Source: the human T2T-CHM13v2.0 reference genome, Homo sapiens
Assembly (NCBI RefSeq): GCF_009914755.1
Contig: NC_060928.1
Length of the DNA: 64,000 bases
Reading direction: 5' to 3' (one strand)
Made by a program: the position numbers and the translations under genes. Shown piece after piece: positions 28,570 through 45,244 of the stretch; within the stretch, counting starts at the first letter, position 1, and every line of letters begins with the position of its first letter. The notes under the pieces were generated by a model. That model made no database searches. It was given only the letters and a program-made list of their open reading frames with translations, and was not told the origin of the DNA.

Positions 28570-30715
28570 ACAATGAGATCACATGGACACAGGAAGGGGA
28601 ATATCACACTCTGGGGACTGTGGTGGGGTGGGGGGAGGGGGGAGGGATAGCATTGGGAGAGATACCTAATGCTAGATGACGAGTTAGTGGGTGCAGCGCA
28701 CCAGCATGGCACATGTATACATATGTAACTAACCTGCACAATGTGCACATGTACCCTAAAACTTAAAGTATAATAAAAAAAAAAGGAAATCAAGAAGGCA
28801 ACCCCATTTACAATAGCTACAGAAAAATAAAATAAAATACCTAGGAATAAATTTAGCCAAGGAGGTGAAAGACCTCTACAAGCAAAACCAAACAACACTG
28901 ATGAAAGAAATTAAAGAGGACACAAACAAATGGAAAGACATTCCCTACTAATGGATTGGAAGGATTAATATTGTCAAAATGACTATTCTATCCAAAGCAA
29001 TCTACAGATTCAATACAATCCCTATCAAAATACCAGTGTCATTTTTCACAGAAATTTTAAAAATCCTAAAATTTGTATGGAGCCATAAAAGAGCCTGAAT
29101 AGCCAAAGCAATCCTAAGCAAAAAGAATAAAGCTGGAAGCATCACACTACCTGACTTCACAATATATTACAAGGCTATAGTAACCAAAGAGCATGGTATC
29201 TGTATAAAAAAAAAGACACATTGAAGAATGAAACAGAATAAAAGTCCCAGAAGGAAACCCATATCCATGTATCTATAGCTAACTGATTTTTGACAAAGGC
29301 ATCAGGAACATACATCAGGGAAAAGACACTCTCTTAATAAATGGTGCTAGGAAAATTATCTATATACAGAAAAGTGAAATTGGACCCCTATCTCAGCATA
29401 TACAAAAATTAATTCATGATGGATTAAAGACTTAAATGTTAGACCCAAAAGTATAAAACTACTAGAAGAAAACATAGCAGAAACACTTCACAACATTGGT
29501 CTAGTCAAAGACATTGTGACTAAAACCTCAAAAGCATAGGCATTAAAAACAAAAATAGACAAATGGAACTATATTAAATTAAAAATTTATGCACAGCAAA
29601 GGAAACAACAATAGAGTAAAAGACATGTTCAATGGAAGAAGATATTTGCAAACTATTAATACAAGAAGAGATGAATATCCAAAATATACAAAGAACTCAA
29701 ACAACAGCAAAATAAAATACAATAATTTCATTAAAAAGTGGTCAAAGGACATGAACATATCTCAAGGGAATACATACAAATGTTAAATAGATACATGAAA
29801 AATGCTCAACATCACAAAGCATCAGGAAAATGCAAACCAAAACAATAATGAACTATTACCCCAGTGAGAATGCACATCATTAAAAAAACAAAAAGTAATA
29901 AATGCTGGTAAAGATGGAATGAAAAGGGAAATCTTATACAATGGGAATGTAAATTAGCACAGCCACTATGGAACACAGCATAGAAATTTCTCAAAAAAAC
30001 TAAACTAGAACTACCGTATGATCTAGCAATAACATTACTGGGTATTTATCCAAAGGAAAGGAAATCAGTACATCGAAGTAATACTTGCATCCTTGTGTTT
30101 ATTGCAGCACTATTCACAATAGCAAAGACATGAAATAAACCTGTATCCATTAATGAATACACGAATGAAATGAAGTATATATACACAAGAAAAGAATACT
30201 ATTTGGCCATAAAAATGAATGAAATCATGTCATTTGCAGCAACATTGATGGAACTGGAAGTCATTATATTAAATAAAATAAGCCAGACACAGAAAGACAA
30301 ATATCACATGTTCTCACTCATATGTGGGAGCTAAGAAAGTGAATCTCATGAAAGTACAGAATAGAATTACACATAACAGAAGCTGGGAATGGCATGTATG
30401 TTGGAAAGCCGGCGGGATGAAGCGAGGTGGATTAATAGGTACCAACATACAGTTAGCCAGAGTAAGCTCTAATGTTCAGCAGCAGAGTAGGGTGACTATA
30501 TTTAGCAAAGATGTATTGCATATTTCAAAATAACTAGAAGAAAGGAACTGAAATGTTCTCAATACATAGAAATGATGGATACTCGAGGTTATGGATACCC
30601 TAAAAATCCTGACTTGATCATTACACATTCTATAATGTAACAAAGTATTGCATGTATCTCATAATAAATATATACAAATATCAATAGAAATAAATAAAAT
30701 GTTCACATAGTTTGA

Positions 30716-30990
30716 TCTAGTAATTCAATTTCTATAAATACATCTTAAAGAACTAATCACAAATCCTACCAAATATTTGAATAGGAAAATATTTCATTGT
30801 GAAAATGCATGTAAGATTAAACAAAAGAATAGTAATTGTGAATTTTATAGGCTGTTAATTATATCTCAGTAAAGCTGTTAATTAAAAAGTAGGAATCAAA
30901 ATTGTCTATTCAGTAGGATAGCAACTACGTAAAATTGCCATGGAAGGGGGTCAAAGTAACTGCTAAGAATGAGTATAGTGGTTATCTCTG
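30716..30990 (+). mobile_element. Ancient L1ME-type fragments (host of the L1MA4 insertion)
   Basis: TTTGATCTAGTAATTCAATTTCTA continues the L1ME-like sequence at ~20260-20388; includes a 3' end TTATATCTCAGTAAAGCTGTT. Confidence 0.5.
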
Positions 30991-31049
30991 AGCTATTGGC
31001 TTACAATTGACTGTTGAATTCTTACTATCAGCTGCCTAGATGTAAATTT

Positions 31050-32180
31050 CTTTTTACTTATCTTGCTTGGACTTTGCTGGGCCACTTTCATTTATGGACA
31101 AACAACCAGCATAATTTTTGAAAAGTTACTAGACATTTTGGTCCATGTAGTGCTTTGATACCACACTATCTTCCCTCTGGAATGCCAATGAAATATTAGA
31201 GTTTCTTGTGGTATCCTCTATGACGTTTACTTTTTCTTCATTTTAGCTATCCTCTTGCCTTTCCATGCTTCATTGTGTATATTTTCTTCCAGTTACACTA
31301 ATTCATTCTTTGGAATTGATTAATCTGCTATTAACCCAATCCACTGAGATCATAATTTAGGTTATTTGTCAATTTTAGAATTTCCACTTGGTTCTTTTTC
31401 TAAACTGCTATAAGTTTGTTTTTTTGTTTATAGTTCACTGCGAAATTTTCAGTTATGTCATTTATCTATTTGAGCTTAGTAAGCACAAGTTATTTTAAAG
31501 TCACCGTCTGATAATTCCAGTATCTGAACTATCTCTGTGTCTGATTGTCTTTTTTCTAAGGATTCTTGCTTGTATTTACTTATCTCCTTTTTTGCCTGAT
31601 TATCCTTGATTGTGAGCTGGTCATTGCATTTTTAAAATTGCTTATACAAATACTCTGAGGTTTAGGATAATGCTAACTTTTTTCAGAGAGGATTGTCATT
31701 TGTTCCTGTAATGTATATGCGGGCATTAGCAATCTCAGTTCATATAAATCCAATTTCAGGCACAGATATTTTTCTAAGCCAATAGGATAATTTGATCTGA
31801 GTCAACATCCATGTGAATGTTGATTTCCTTCCAGTTCACCCTTACTATTAGTATACAGCCCTTTGGGTTCTAACCCAAGGATAGAGTTTACCTAGACCCA
31901 TCCTTCTTAGCCATGTATTCCATTTTATGTGGTCTTAATCCCACAAGGCTGTCAAAAACAATTTCAGTCTCTTAGCCACTTTTATTAGATTGACAGTCAC
32001 CCTTAGGGGAAAGCTACCCAAAAGCTGAGCTCACTTTTTTAGATATCGGTCCCCTCCTAGATATGAGATCTATAATCCTTCACTGCTATGTCAGCTCTGC
32101 AATGCCTTTCAGTAAGATTTTTATCCAACTTGTCTATATATCCCCATTGAAAAAGTTTGTGCATCTGACCTGCGTCATCA
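31050..32180 (-). mobile_element. Ancient L1ME/HAL1-like ORF1/5' region
   Basis: TAATCTGCTATTAACCCAATCCACTGAG...TTTTAGAATTTCCACTTGGTTCTTTTT, typical of antisense old L1 ORF1. Confidence 0.5.
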
Positions 32181-32567
32181 TTACAGTTACAATTTAAAAT
32201 TTTTTCTTATTTCTAAATTTCCAACTATGAACATGAATTACTTGTATCATCAGGCCATGAAAAGTTTGTTTTGTTGTTTTAAGTAGTATGTGAGCCTTTA
32301 TATGATAGTAAATTAAAAATATTTTCTGTGCATTTATAGGTGACAGACCATGCTTTTATACTGAGTAACACTTAGTTGAGAAAAAAGTATGCAGTGGGCT
32401 CTTGTTGCAAGAAAAATGTAATCTGTGACTCATCTCTATATTCACTCCTCCAGAGTAGTTCAGCTGTATGAAATGCTGAGTTATTGATCATTAAAGAACT
32501 ATTCTCTGTCTACTCCATTTTATTCTCTATTCTTCAGCCAGAGTAAATATTCTAAAGTTAAAATCTA

Positions 32568-33498
<931 letters not shown>

Positions 33499-33569
33499 CC
33501 AATTTTTTCCATACCTTCTCCTTCCTCAAGTCCCCAATGAAATGGTCTTTTTCCCACGAGTCTGTCTCT

Positions 33570-33778
33570 ATCTCCTCATAACAGGCTTAGGTGCCCCTCC
33601 TCAGTAACTTCATCCCATGCCATAGCACTGTATGGATATTACCTGCTTCCTTGTCCATCTCCAACACTAACCTGAAATCTCTGAGGTCAGAGATTGTGCC
33701 TTATTCATCTTTGCATCCCAGTGCCAATCACTGGGTCTGGCACATAGTTGACATTCAATAAATGTTTTGAATTAATGT
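33570..33778 (+). mobile_element. L2 3' end (the same L2 also flanks the Alu at ~32510-33250)
   Basis: CTCTGAGGTCAGAGATTGTGCCTTATTCATCTTTGCATCCC...CAATAAATGTTTTGAAT. Confidence 0.75.
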
Positions 33779-35106
33779 AAGAACAAGAAAGGATTGCAAT
33801 GCCTAACTCCACATTATAAGGAGTCTATGAAAAGTGATTGTAGGATAAGCATTTTTCATAATAGGAAAATTCCTATTTTTATTTGTAAACCAATGTAGAT
33901 GGAGTTTTGGGGTGAATTATACTTCCTCGATCACAGTTTAAAACTAGATAACATGTATCATAAATGACACAGTTTCACATACAACATGACAGTTTCTCCA
34001 TTCTTCCTTCATCACACATCCAAATATCTCAGCCCCTGGAACAAACTGAGATTTACTACCATTAGATTCATTTCTTTGAGCTAAGTAAGACAGGTTTCTC
34101 TGAAAAGATTGCCAAAACGCAAGTATGTGAAAAGGCAGCAAACTTCTGGCACACCTATGCACTTCCATAGGGATTAAATTATTAGAATGAATAGAAGATA
34201 CAAGGAACATAAGGAAATGAGACCAAGAACTGAGCAAAGTTCATAGGAAGAAGAGATTAAGAAAAGTGACATTGAAGTGGGAAGGTCTGCACCATATCTG
34301 CACTAAGGTCTGCACTAAAAGTTTGAAGAGGGCACAGAGCATCAGGTAACACCACCGCCTAAAACGAACAATAAAGTACCTAGAAGAGAGGCTGGGAGCT
34401 AATAAACCAATTTGGTATGTTGTATTATTTGCTCTGATAGAGAATATAATGCATGCAGGTTTCTGCTGTTGCTTTCCTTGGGTGGAGTTACCCAAGAGGC
34501 AGTGGTTTGTTTATATTCACACAGCCAGCATTCCATGTTTCTTTGGAAAAGTAGTTTGTCTTGAAAGAGAATCTTTATTTTCATGTCCAAGTAGTTATAT
34601 TCTAATGGCTTTTTGGGATCAAAGGGAGAAATCACTCAAGTCCTTAGTTAAGGAGAGCAAACCAGGTGCATGTTATGATATATTCTAAGGAATCCTCTGG
34701 GGACATCTCCTGATTCTGCTTTCCTATGAATGCGTTTTCCACAAGAACAGAAACTCATGCCAAACTTGATGCATTTTTATGACCAGAATTGAAAGAAGAG
34801 TGCCAAATGTCCTTCATTCTTTTATACTGGGTCATGACTGTAATCTCATGGCCCTGCTCAGATGTCAACCTATTGACTGGAGGGACAGGTAGATGATACA
34901 AGAGTTCGATCTTATTCCATCTCCAATTTATTCACCACAAAGTGAAGAGGGTTGTCTCCATCATAACACAAGGCATGCACCTTTCATTTTCCATTTGACT
35001 GCTAGTGTGTGCAGTCAGATGGACAAGGTCGACCTCCCCACACTTTAATCTCTTTGTCAAGTTGTTTCCAGAGCTTTGGGTTCTGTGGTGTGGATGCATA
35101 CAGGCA

Positions 35107-35146
35107 AATACACACACACACGTGCGCACATGCACACACACACACC
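35107..35146 (+). repeat. Interrupted (CA)n microsatellite
   Basis: ACACACACACACGTGCGCACATGCACACACACAC. Confidence 0.8.
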
Positions 35147-37483
35147 AACAACAATCACAAGCATACTCAGACACTAGGTATGCTATTTGTCAGATGCAAG
35201 TCTCCAGAGACTTAAAGCAAACAGCATCTCCAAAGCCTCGCTTATTCTGAACAGTTCGCTAAGAAGAAATTTACCTAAATAAATTTGTTATTGATGCCAG
35301 ACATTACATATCAGATTTTACTTTTCTGAGAACAAGAGATTATGTAAGTCTACAGAACTGATTAATATTTTCTTATTTCATGTACACTGACACAGATGTA
35401 TTGTATTTCTTTGGTGTAAATGGCTACAGCACCAGTGTTCTTAACTTTTCGCTGTCTCAAAACCACTTTAGATCCATGGATACCTCTTCTGAAAAATATA
35501 CACATACCTAAACAATGTTTTATATTATATCAGGGAATTTATTGACTCCAATAATCTCTATTCTACTAGTAATCACATATTTTCCAAAGATTGTAATATC
35601 ACTCTAGCTCAAATTCTGTTAACAATGACTTTCTAGTTCAGTTTGAGTTACTTCTTTTATCTGAGATTTTACTATTCTGGATATCATTTGAAATAATTCA
35701 GAAATGACCACTTTCTTGATATAAAAATGCTTAGCGTATAATTGTGAATAGATGAATAGAACAATGATTGAAAGGATAAATAACATATCTTAATCTGTTT
35801 TATCATTTGTTACTAGATCACTGTCTGAATATAAATTTAACTATGAGGAGAATAACCACTTTTTCCAAGTATGTTTTTGTGTTCTGAGTCAATGAGTTTC
35901 TTAGAGTGCTCAGGAAACTGCTAGAATCTTTTCCTGAAAGGTTCTGATCCATTGGAAACATTTCAGATGCCTGGGCTATAGACCAAGGACCTTCTATCAC
36001 ACGACTCATGTCCTTTTTCGGGAACACAGCATGAAGAGAGACCACCACATTGCTAAACCCAGGGTCCCGAGCTTTCCATTGCTCAGACATGCAAGTCTCA
36101 CCTCATATCAAGAAACAAGACAAAAATACATGATGTCACATCATGAGCAAAATGTCATTATGCCCTCAAGATTGTTGAAAACAAAAAGGTTACCTAACCA
36201 AGATGTCTGGGCCTTCTTCCTTATTAACTGGACCAAGATTTACAGAGCACCTCTTCAGCTTTAGGTCCTAAACTAGAGTCTCTACGGCACATGCACTTCT
36301 CAGATCCAAGCAGAATTCCCCGGTGAGCTCAGTCTGGTTGACATTAGATGGAAATTGCAGCCAAGTGAATTCTCCATATTGTAACCCTATTATCTCTCTC
36401 TCCCTTCATCTATCTCGCCTGTGCTGTGCATGGTTGGGCCTTATGGAAAGTTATCATTTGGATGCAAAACAATTATACTAAAACAGTTAGCCAGAGTGGT
36501 CTGGACACACAGATTTATCTTCCCTCTTCTTCAGTGAAGAACATCTATCTTCCATGACCTCTTGATTACTGAAGCCTTCAGAATATATTCTTTGGTCTGT
36601 GACACTGTGCATGGTGCTGGGCTGAGCATTAAATATCACCCTCTATGATTAATTGGAAGTTAATTAAATCTATCACTGAAACAATGGGAAGGCAATGAGC
36701 TATGTAATCATTGCAATAGTAAATGAAATGATGTACAGGTCTCTCCATCTCGCTTATTGACAATGATGGAGGGGTGGCCGGCCTCGGATGCCTGGCGAGG
36801 CTTGCTGCCTGACCTCACAGGCCAGCTCTAACTTTTCACAGAGCCCAGGGACAAGGCAACTAGAAGTGTATTCCGACCATTTCTGTTGACTGAGGGAGCC
36901 TCTCTTCCAGAGGCCTCTGAAGTGTGCTTTACAAGGTTTTTCTGTCTTGAATAATCAGTAGGTTAAGGTATGGGAATGGCTGAATGAACCATGAAAATGC
37001 TGGTTGTTACCATTTCTAAGCAGCTCCAGTGAAGGCCTGGCTTCAAATGTCAGGAGCCCTCTGAACTCAATGAATAGAATGCATGTCTATTGAATATTTA
37101 ATATTTTTGCCTTTATTTAAAACTTCAATATTTTCGAAGTTTTTACTTAGACCTAATGACATTTGGCCCTCATAAACCCTCATTCAATGGGAGAACTGAG
37201 AGAGGGGCTAAGTAGCCTACCTGAATTTACATAGATTATTAGTGACAGAGGTAAGTAAAGCTAATTAGAAACTAAAATGGCTAAGCAGACATAGCTAAAT
37301 CCTCGGTTCCTGTTTCCAAATGTAATTTAATTTGGAGATGTGAGGACATAGAAACCCATGAGGTTTGGAATGGTAATCCTAAATTGCCAGAGTGCCAAGA
37401 ATCGCCAGGATCCAGATTGGGGTACCCCAACATTGGGTGTAAATATTAATTTGGATCACAGGGTAGCTATCTAGATATTAATT

Positions 37484-37845
37484 TGTCTTAGTCTTCTAGG
37501 GCTACGGCAACAATATTTCACAGATTGGCTGGTTTAAACAACAGAAATTTATTTTCTCACAGTTCTGGAGGCTGAAAGTCCAAGATCAGGGTGCCAGAAT
37601 GGTTGAGTTTTGGTGAGGGCTCTCTTCCTGGCTTGCAGACAGCCACCTTCTCACTGTGTCCTCACATGGTTCAGCATTCTCTTTTCATAAATCCACAGTC
37701 TATCAGTCTAGGGTCCCATCCTTATGACCTCATTTAAACTTAGTTACCTCCTAAAGACTCTTATCTCCAGATATAGTCATATTGCAGGTCAGGGCTTCAA
37801 CATATGAATTTGGTGGAAGTGGGGGATATAATTCAGTGCATAGAA
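37484..37845 (-). mobile_element. MaLR solo LTR (MLT1A0-like)
   Basis: TGTCTTAGTC...AAACAACAGAAATTTATTTTCTCACAGTTCTGGAGGCTG; 5-bp TSD TAATT at 37479-37483 and 37846-37850. Confidence 0.88.
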
Positions 37846-37910
37846 TAATTCAAAAGCAGATCTTTAAAAATTGTCACTCCATAAGAGTTAGAAATTAGGG
37901 TAAAATTTTT

Positions 37911-39232
<1,322 letters not shown>

Positions 39233-39924
39233 TAGTCATCCAGTATTTTTAATTTTCATTTTTTCTAGATGTCACTGAGAAGAAGAGCATTTTCAGATCT
39301 AAGAATTAACTTAACATCCATCTTCCCCGCATTTATCTTCTATCTCCTCCCCTTTCTGAGGGGATAAGCCCCAAGTTCTGATGGCACGTCTCTTCTGTTT
39401 GAAGATGCTTGGCCCTGATGAGAAGCCTTTTCTTACCTTCTCAGATATTCACTGGACAAATGCGTGTACTGAGTGTTGGGGAGAGAAGGTAGCTATCAAT
39501 GTGTCATGGCTGCTCATGTTCCCAAGGGACCTTTAAAAAGTCTAATGCACTCTTTGGGGATCAGTTGTAAACAGATTAATTAAATAAACATTCCTTGTCA
39601 CAATCTTGAAGTTTAATACTGCTTAGGGACAAGATATTTAGGTGAACTTCTTATCTCTGGTGACCAGAGGAGATATTCATTCCTCAAAGGCATTTTTCTT
39701 TCTCTTCCTCTCCCTCCTGCTGACACACAATCAGGCCCACCTGCCCAACATCACAAACTAAATATCAAGGGCTTTAGGAAATATCACAGTGGATCTGACT
39801 TAAAAATTTCGTCCTGCTCCAGTTCCTCTCAGGAGACTTCTGGCTCATATATAGTGCAGTGACTATGAAGTATACGAACACCCAACTCAGAGGCTGTTCA
39901 AAAAGCAATTCTGGAGAAAAAATG

Positions 39925-40284
39925 GATGAACACACTCTGCCTCAGGGCCTTTGCACTTGTTCGCTGTGCACAGAGCACTCTTCCCTTAAATACCTGTATA
40001 TCTGGTGTCCCTACCTCCTCAGGTCTTTGAGTTAGGTTTTCTCTGATGTAGAGAAAACCTTCTATCAGCCTGTCACTTTCTAACATCTTTCTCTATTTTT
40101 TCTTCAGAATACTTACTAGTCAGTACTTAACACACTCATTTATTTTTCATTCTCCTTGTCTAGAATGTCAATTCCATGAAGTCGGGGGTGTTGTCTGTTC
40201 TCATCTATATTCCTAAACTTTGCACACTACATAGCACATAATAGGTGCTTTGATAAATGAATGAATGAATGAATGAATGAATGA
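39925..40284 (+). mobile_element. L2 3' fragment with (ATGA)n tail
   Basis: TCTGCCTCAGGGCCTTTGCACTTG...CTAGAATGTCAATTCCATGA...ATGAATGAATGA. Confidence 0.8.
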
Positions 40285-42369
40285 GCAGATTTAATGGGGC
40301 AGCACCAAGACTAAGCCAGCTATGGAAGCAAAGAACATGACAGAAGTATCTGAGTTTGTCTAGCAAGATGTATACTTCAGAATACTAAATCTCCCTGGAC
40401 CACAGTTTATTTATCTATAGAAGATGCAGTTTGAAACACCTGTTTGCTTCCAGCTTTAACATTCTATGAGATATGCTTTGAATACTTTGAATTTAAAGAT
40501 GATTATACAACATGCTGCCAATTTCAGGAGTCCTGATACTGAGTCAGCCAGAAGGGGCGAGGAAGGGATAGATGGAATAGCTATATTATGACTTTATTTT
40601 GAGTTCCAGAGTTCTTAAAGTTGAAGGACTAACTTCAAGCTACCCCAATTCCCTCAATACAATGGTAACTAACATTTGATGTTGCTACGTTTCTTCTGAG
40701 CCTAATCCTGGGTTTTCCCCCATCCACTGTCTTAGTCTTTTATAAAAACAACAACAACAACAAAAATTATTACATCATAAATTAAGCAAATAAGTTCAAT
40801 CTAAACTTCTATTTGCAAAAAATGAATAGGATTAAAGAGAGAAAATAAATCTGAATAAAGAACTTCCCTGCAAATACTTTACATGGTAAAAAGGGCATTA
40901 AAGAGATAAATATGGGTGGCAGATTTTTAGCTCAAAGAATACCTTGGGCTAATATAAAAGCATAATTATGCTGCTGATGTCACTTCTGGTCATAATGACT
41001 TGAAGTATAGCCAAAAGAATGTTATTAAAATGATTGGAAAAGTTTTTATTTACTTATTTAAGCTTATTGACTTAAAGACCCCGGGCAAATGTACAAAATA
41101 CTCATTTGAATTGCAGATTGAATCCATCAGCTAAAGTTACATATTTTTTAAGTCAAATTTGAACTCCCAAGCCATTAATTCATAGTCTTCTGCAGAGTAT
41201 ATGAATTAGCCTATCACAAAGATAATAATATAACATTATTGAACAACATAAAATAACTTCCTTTTATTTTCCCATAATGTCTGAGTTCCAGGTTTCCTGG
41301 CTCTCTCATAATGCCTGATGGTGCCAGAGGGCAAATACGTGTGAATTGCAGTTGCAATATGAAAAGTGACTCTGGAAAAGGCGTGTTGGGACTTTCAAGC
41401 TGATTCCTGTCGATAGCCTCTATATCAAACTGCCTCAGAGTTTAGATCAAGCAATGCTTTTCGTAGATGCCGGCATTGTCAGGTCAACACAAGATCTAAA
41501 CACTGAGATGCATCTACTCTGTCTCTTAAATCAGCCCCAATAACAATAATCCTCCAAGGCAGGGTGGTGGTGAGGGGGGAACTGATCTGATTTTGCTTCA
41601 TCATAAGTGTGTAGGATCCTGACTGCCTTTTACAGCAGAGAAGTGAAATACATCAGGATTGGTTCTATGACCATCCTAGCTATATAGAAAGTTACCACTT
41701 CCACTTTTGGTTCTATGATGAAAGTCAAATGGGTTTGAGCTGACAAACACTGGTGGAGAAGTTATTATGTAAGAAAGCATGACTACTTCAAAGATACCTA
41801 GAAGGAAAATAAAGATGTTTGCCTATTTCCAAGAGAAATCTTGCAGCCCTGAAGGGGTGAAGCTGACTTTGGTAGTCTCTATACTCAGTTCAGTTGAAAC
41901 AAAATTGTCAAGCTATTTGACATTGTGCAGCCTCTGAATTAAATAAAGGGGGGAGGATTATGGTTCTCATGTTCAGTAGCCTAAGTAAGCATGGTATATT
42001 CAGAGTAGAAATCCAAAACAGTTTGAATTATCAGTTTTACAATGTATTTGTTTTGTGATCTCTATCCTTTGTCTAGGATTGAGTCCTTTATGCCAGAATA
42101 ACCAATTTAAAAGCAGAAATTTGAGTTAAGCAACATGTTTTTCTGTTTGATGCCAAACAATTAATGTGACTTGATATTTGACTGAATTGACACAGGCATT
42201 TAATGTCATATTGACATAGTCATTATCCCCTGTTCTGATTTATCTATTAGGAAAACAAAGATAACAAATGATGTCCAAGCTTTTGCTCAGCTACGTAACA
42301 TCTATGAGCTCTACAATCGCTTTTAACATTCATCCTTTTCACAGGCATTAATTTTCTCAGAGATTGAAA

Positions 42370-42610
42370 GGCAACAGAAAGTGGTTAAGAGAAAGGGCTG
42401 TGAAGTCAGCCAGACCTGAATTGAGATAGTGGCTCTGCCACTAATTAGATATAGTGAGCAAGCTACTTACCCTATTGGAGCCTCAGTTTTCTCATTTCTA
42501 ATATGGAATGATAATATAGCTGCATCATAGGATTGTGGTGAGAAATAAATAAAATAATGCACAGAAGGCACTTATTATGGTACTAGGAACATAATGAAGG
42601 TTAACTATTT
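42370..42610 (+). mobile_element. MIR SINE, near full length
   Basis: AGTGGTTAAGAG...GAGCCTCAGTTTTCTCATTTCTAA. Confidence 0.8.
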
Positions 42611-42645
42611 TAATTAAATAAAAGTTATTTAAAAATCACAAAATC

Positions 42646-42930
42646 GGCTGAGCATGGTGGGTCACGACTGTAATCCCAGCACTTTGAGAGGCTGAGGTGG
42701 GCAGATCACCTGGGGTCAGGAGTTCGAGACAAGCCTGGCCAAACCCAGTCTCCACTAAAAATACAAAAATTAGCTGGGCATGGTTGTGGTTGCCTGTAAT
42801 CCCAGTTACTCAGGAGGCTGAGACAGGAGAATCACTTGAACCCAGGAGGCAGAGGGTGCAATGAGCCGAGATGCACCACTGCACTCCAGCCTGGATGACA
42901 GAGCAAGACTCTGTCTCAAAAAAAAAAAAA
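42646..42930 (+). mobile_element. AluS with a small internal deletion
   Basis: Perfect 15-bp TSD AAAAATCACAAAATC at 42631-42645 and 42931-42945. Confidence 0.95.
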
Positions 42931-43754
42931 AAAAATCACAAAATCAATGCAAAAAATATCATATTCAAGTATTAGTTAATAAGTTTACATTTTAATAAAA
43001 AATGTTCAAAGAAATTTACGCTGAATATATAAGTAGACTCTCATGGAATTTTAATATTTTCATGAAATGAAAGACTGAAGGTCTATAAAATTTGCCTTCT
43101 GTGAAAACATCAGAAAGTTTCCCCAGCCTGCCACACTTCAATCTCAGGAAAAAATTTAAATTCTCAACTATGGCAAGTACTGAAGGGGTAAATATTCTTA
43201 CTCCCAGGGAAGCTAAGACCATTAAAATTACTTCATTCAGGACTCTCCTCCCAAGAGCTAACTGAGCAGCACTTCTAGGTCCTGCCAACAGAATGACGCC
43301 AGGCTGATGTCGCAACACAATAACTCTAGGTTCATGAAGTGGGTAGTCCTAGTTTTGTGCTGTTTTGTTTTCTTAGGTTGTTTTGCTTTCCAGTGTGATG
43401 AGAAAATGCGGATCAAATATGATCCTGCTGGGAACTGTTAAAGCTCTCCACTGTCCAAGTTAGGAAGGCTCCTGGAATATGCTGTCTCCCGCCAAGCCCA
43501 CCGGCTTTTAACCCATTTGTGTCAGAAGTTACAGGTTGGTGGTGCTCCAAAGTAGGCTCAGTGGGCAAGAGGGAGAGCTGGGTCATAGCCCTCATAGGGA
43601 CTCTCTTCCTGTGGATGTTTTCTGCAATGCTTGGAGTCAGAAAAGAGAATATTTGAGTCGACAAACCCCTGGCTTTATGGGGCATATAGACAAATTCTAA
43701 CCCTCTCACTCTGCTTCTTAAACAAAGCAGTCAACTGTGATACAGACTCTCCTT

Positions 43755-43950
43755 ACAGTGTGGTGAGTCACAAGGTTAGAGTCAGAAAACCTAGGTTCAA
43801 ATCCTGGCTCTGGCCAATCTCCAGCTATAAACACTAGGTATATGATTTAAGTCTCTCTCTGAGCCTCCGTTTCCTGAGATAACACATATAAGTGTTTAAC
43901 ATAGTATATAGTTATAGCAAACATTAAAGAAATATTTGTCTCTGTTACCA
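43755..43950 (+). mobile_element. MIR SINE
   Basis: TAGAGTCAGAAAACCTAGGTTCAAATCCTGGCTCTG...CTGAGCCTCCGTTTCCT. Confidence 0.7.
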
Positions 43951-45244
43951 TTACTATTACTACTATTCCATCTAAGAAGAAAAAAAATAATTTTTTCTGG
44001 CCCATTCACAAAGATAGTGCCAAGCAAGCTTTCATGTGGCTTATTTTTTTTTTCAGGTCGGTCTTAATTTAAAAGGTTCTCATCATGGAGATAGTACTCA
44101 GAGACTGGCATAAGGCAGAACCACAGAGATTTACTCTCAAATACATCTTTATAGCTTCATCACCATAATACCTAGGCATTCATGTGGACAACATCATTTC
44201 ATCATAAATGAGAAGGTCGTCCTATTGAACTGTAATCCATTCATTGATTTATGGTCCCAAGTTCCTCCAAGGATTTTCACAAATGCCTGTGATGATTCCT
44301 AGTGCTGGACTTTGCATTTGGATCTGTGATTTAGATGACAGATGCGTGAAATCATATGTAGCCAGACAAATCCCTGGTGATAACACATTTGAGGGGGCTC
44401 AAGAAGTGATGGATTAAGGCCCAATCAACCAGATCAGCTAATCTGAGCCCTCTTCAGTGACGTTGGCCCTGATGGTTTAAAGGGGCACCCCAAACAAATT
44501 ACTTTCCAGAAATAATACTTTCTGTTCTGCATCTCGCCCTATCATAACTTCCTTTTCCACAATAAACCAGGACACCATTAAAGAAGCCCTGTCTAATTCT
44601 AGAGAATATATTGTTATGTCTGGGATTAACATTTGCCACAGTTGACTGGTTAACATTACTTTTAAAATCTCATATTCCAAGTAGTAATTGGATTATTAAT
44701 ATGGTCGATTTGACTGGCAGTAACCATTTGGAAAGTCTGACAATGTAGAATTTACAAAGCCAAAGACTTGATAACAGCTTCTTAGATGCTAACGAATTCA
44801 CTTCAAAGAAACTCAGCAGCTCACAGTCAGAAGATACCAAAAATCAAGGCTTCTTCCAGGAAGAAAGTATAGTAACACAAGAATTAGACTCTGAAGATTT
44901 ACCTAAGGGTAAACCTTTTGATGCCATGTATAGCATTACTTTCAAAATAGATTATCTCACATACATTTTTATGGAAACAGGAAGGAAGCAAGAAAAATCA
45001 TGCTTTAGCATAGGTGTAAAGGAATATAACACAAGCCAAAGAGCTATAATAAAAGAAAAAGCAAAGAATGTTCTGAACTTCTCTACAAAGATCTCTCTAA
45101 TGCTTTGCAACTCCTGCACCACCTCAGTGGTGCTCCCATTTAATTTCATCAAAGGAAGGCTTGAATGCATTACTATTCTGTCCCTTTTCTGAGCCTCCCT
45201 TTATTTTATTTTATTTTACTTTCATACAATATTGTTAATAATTT

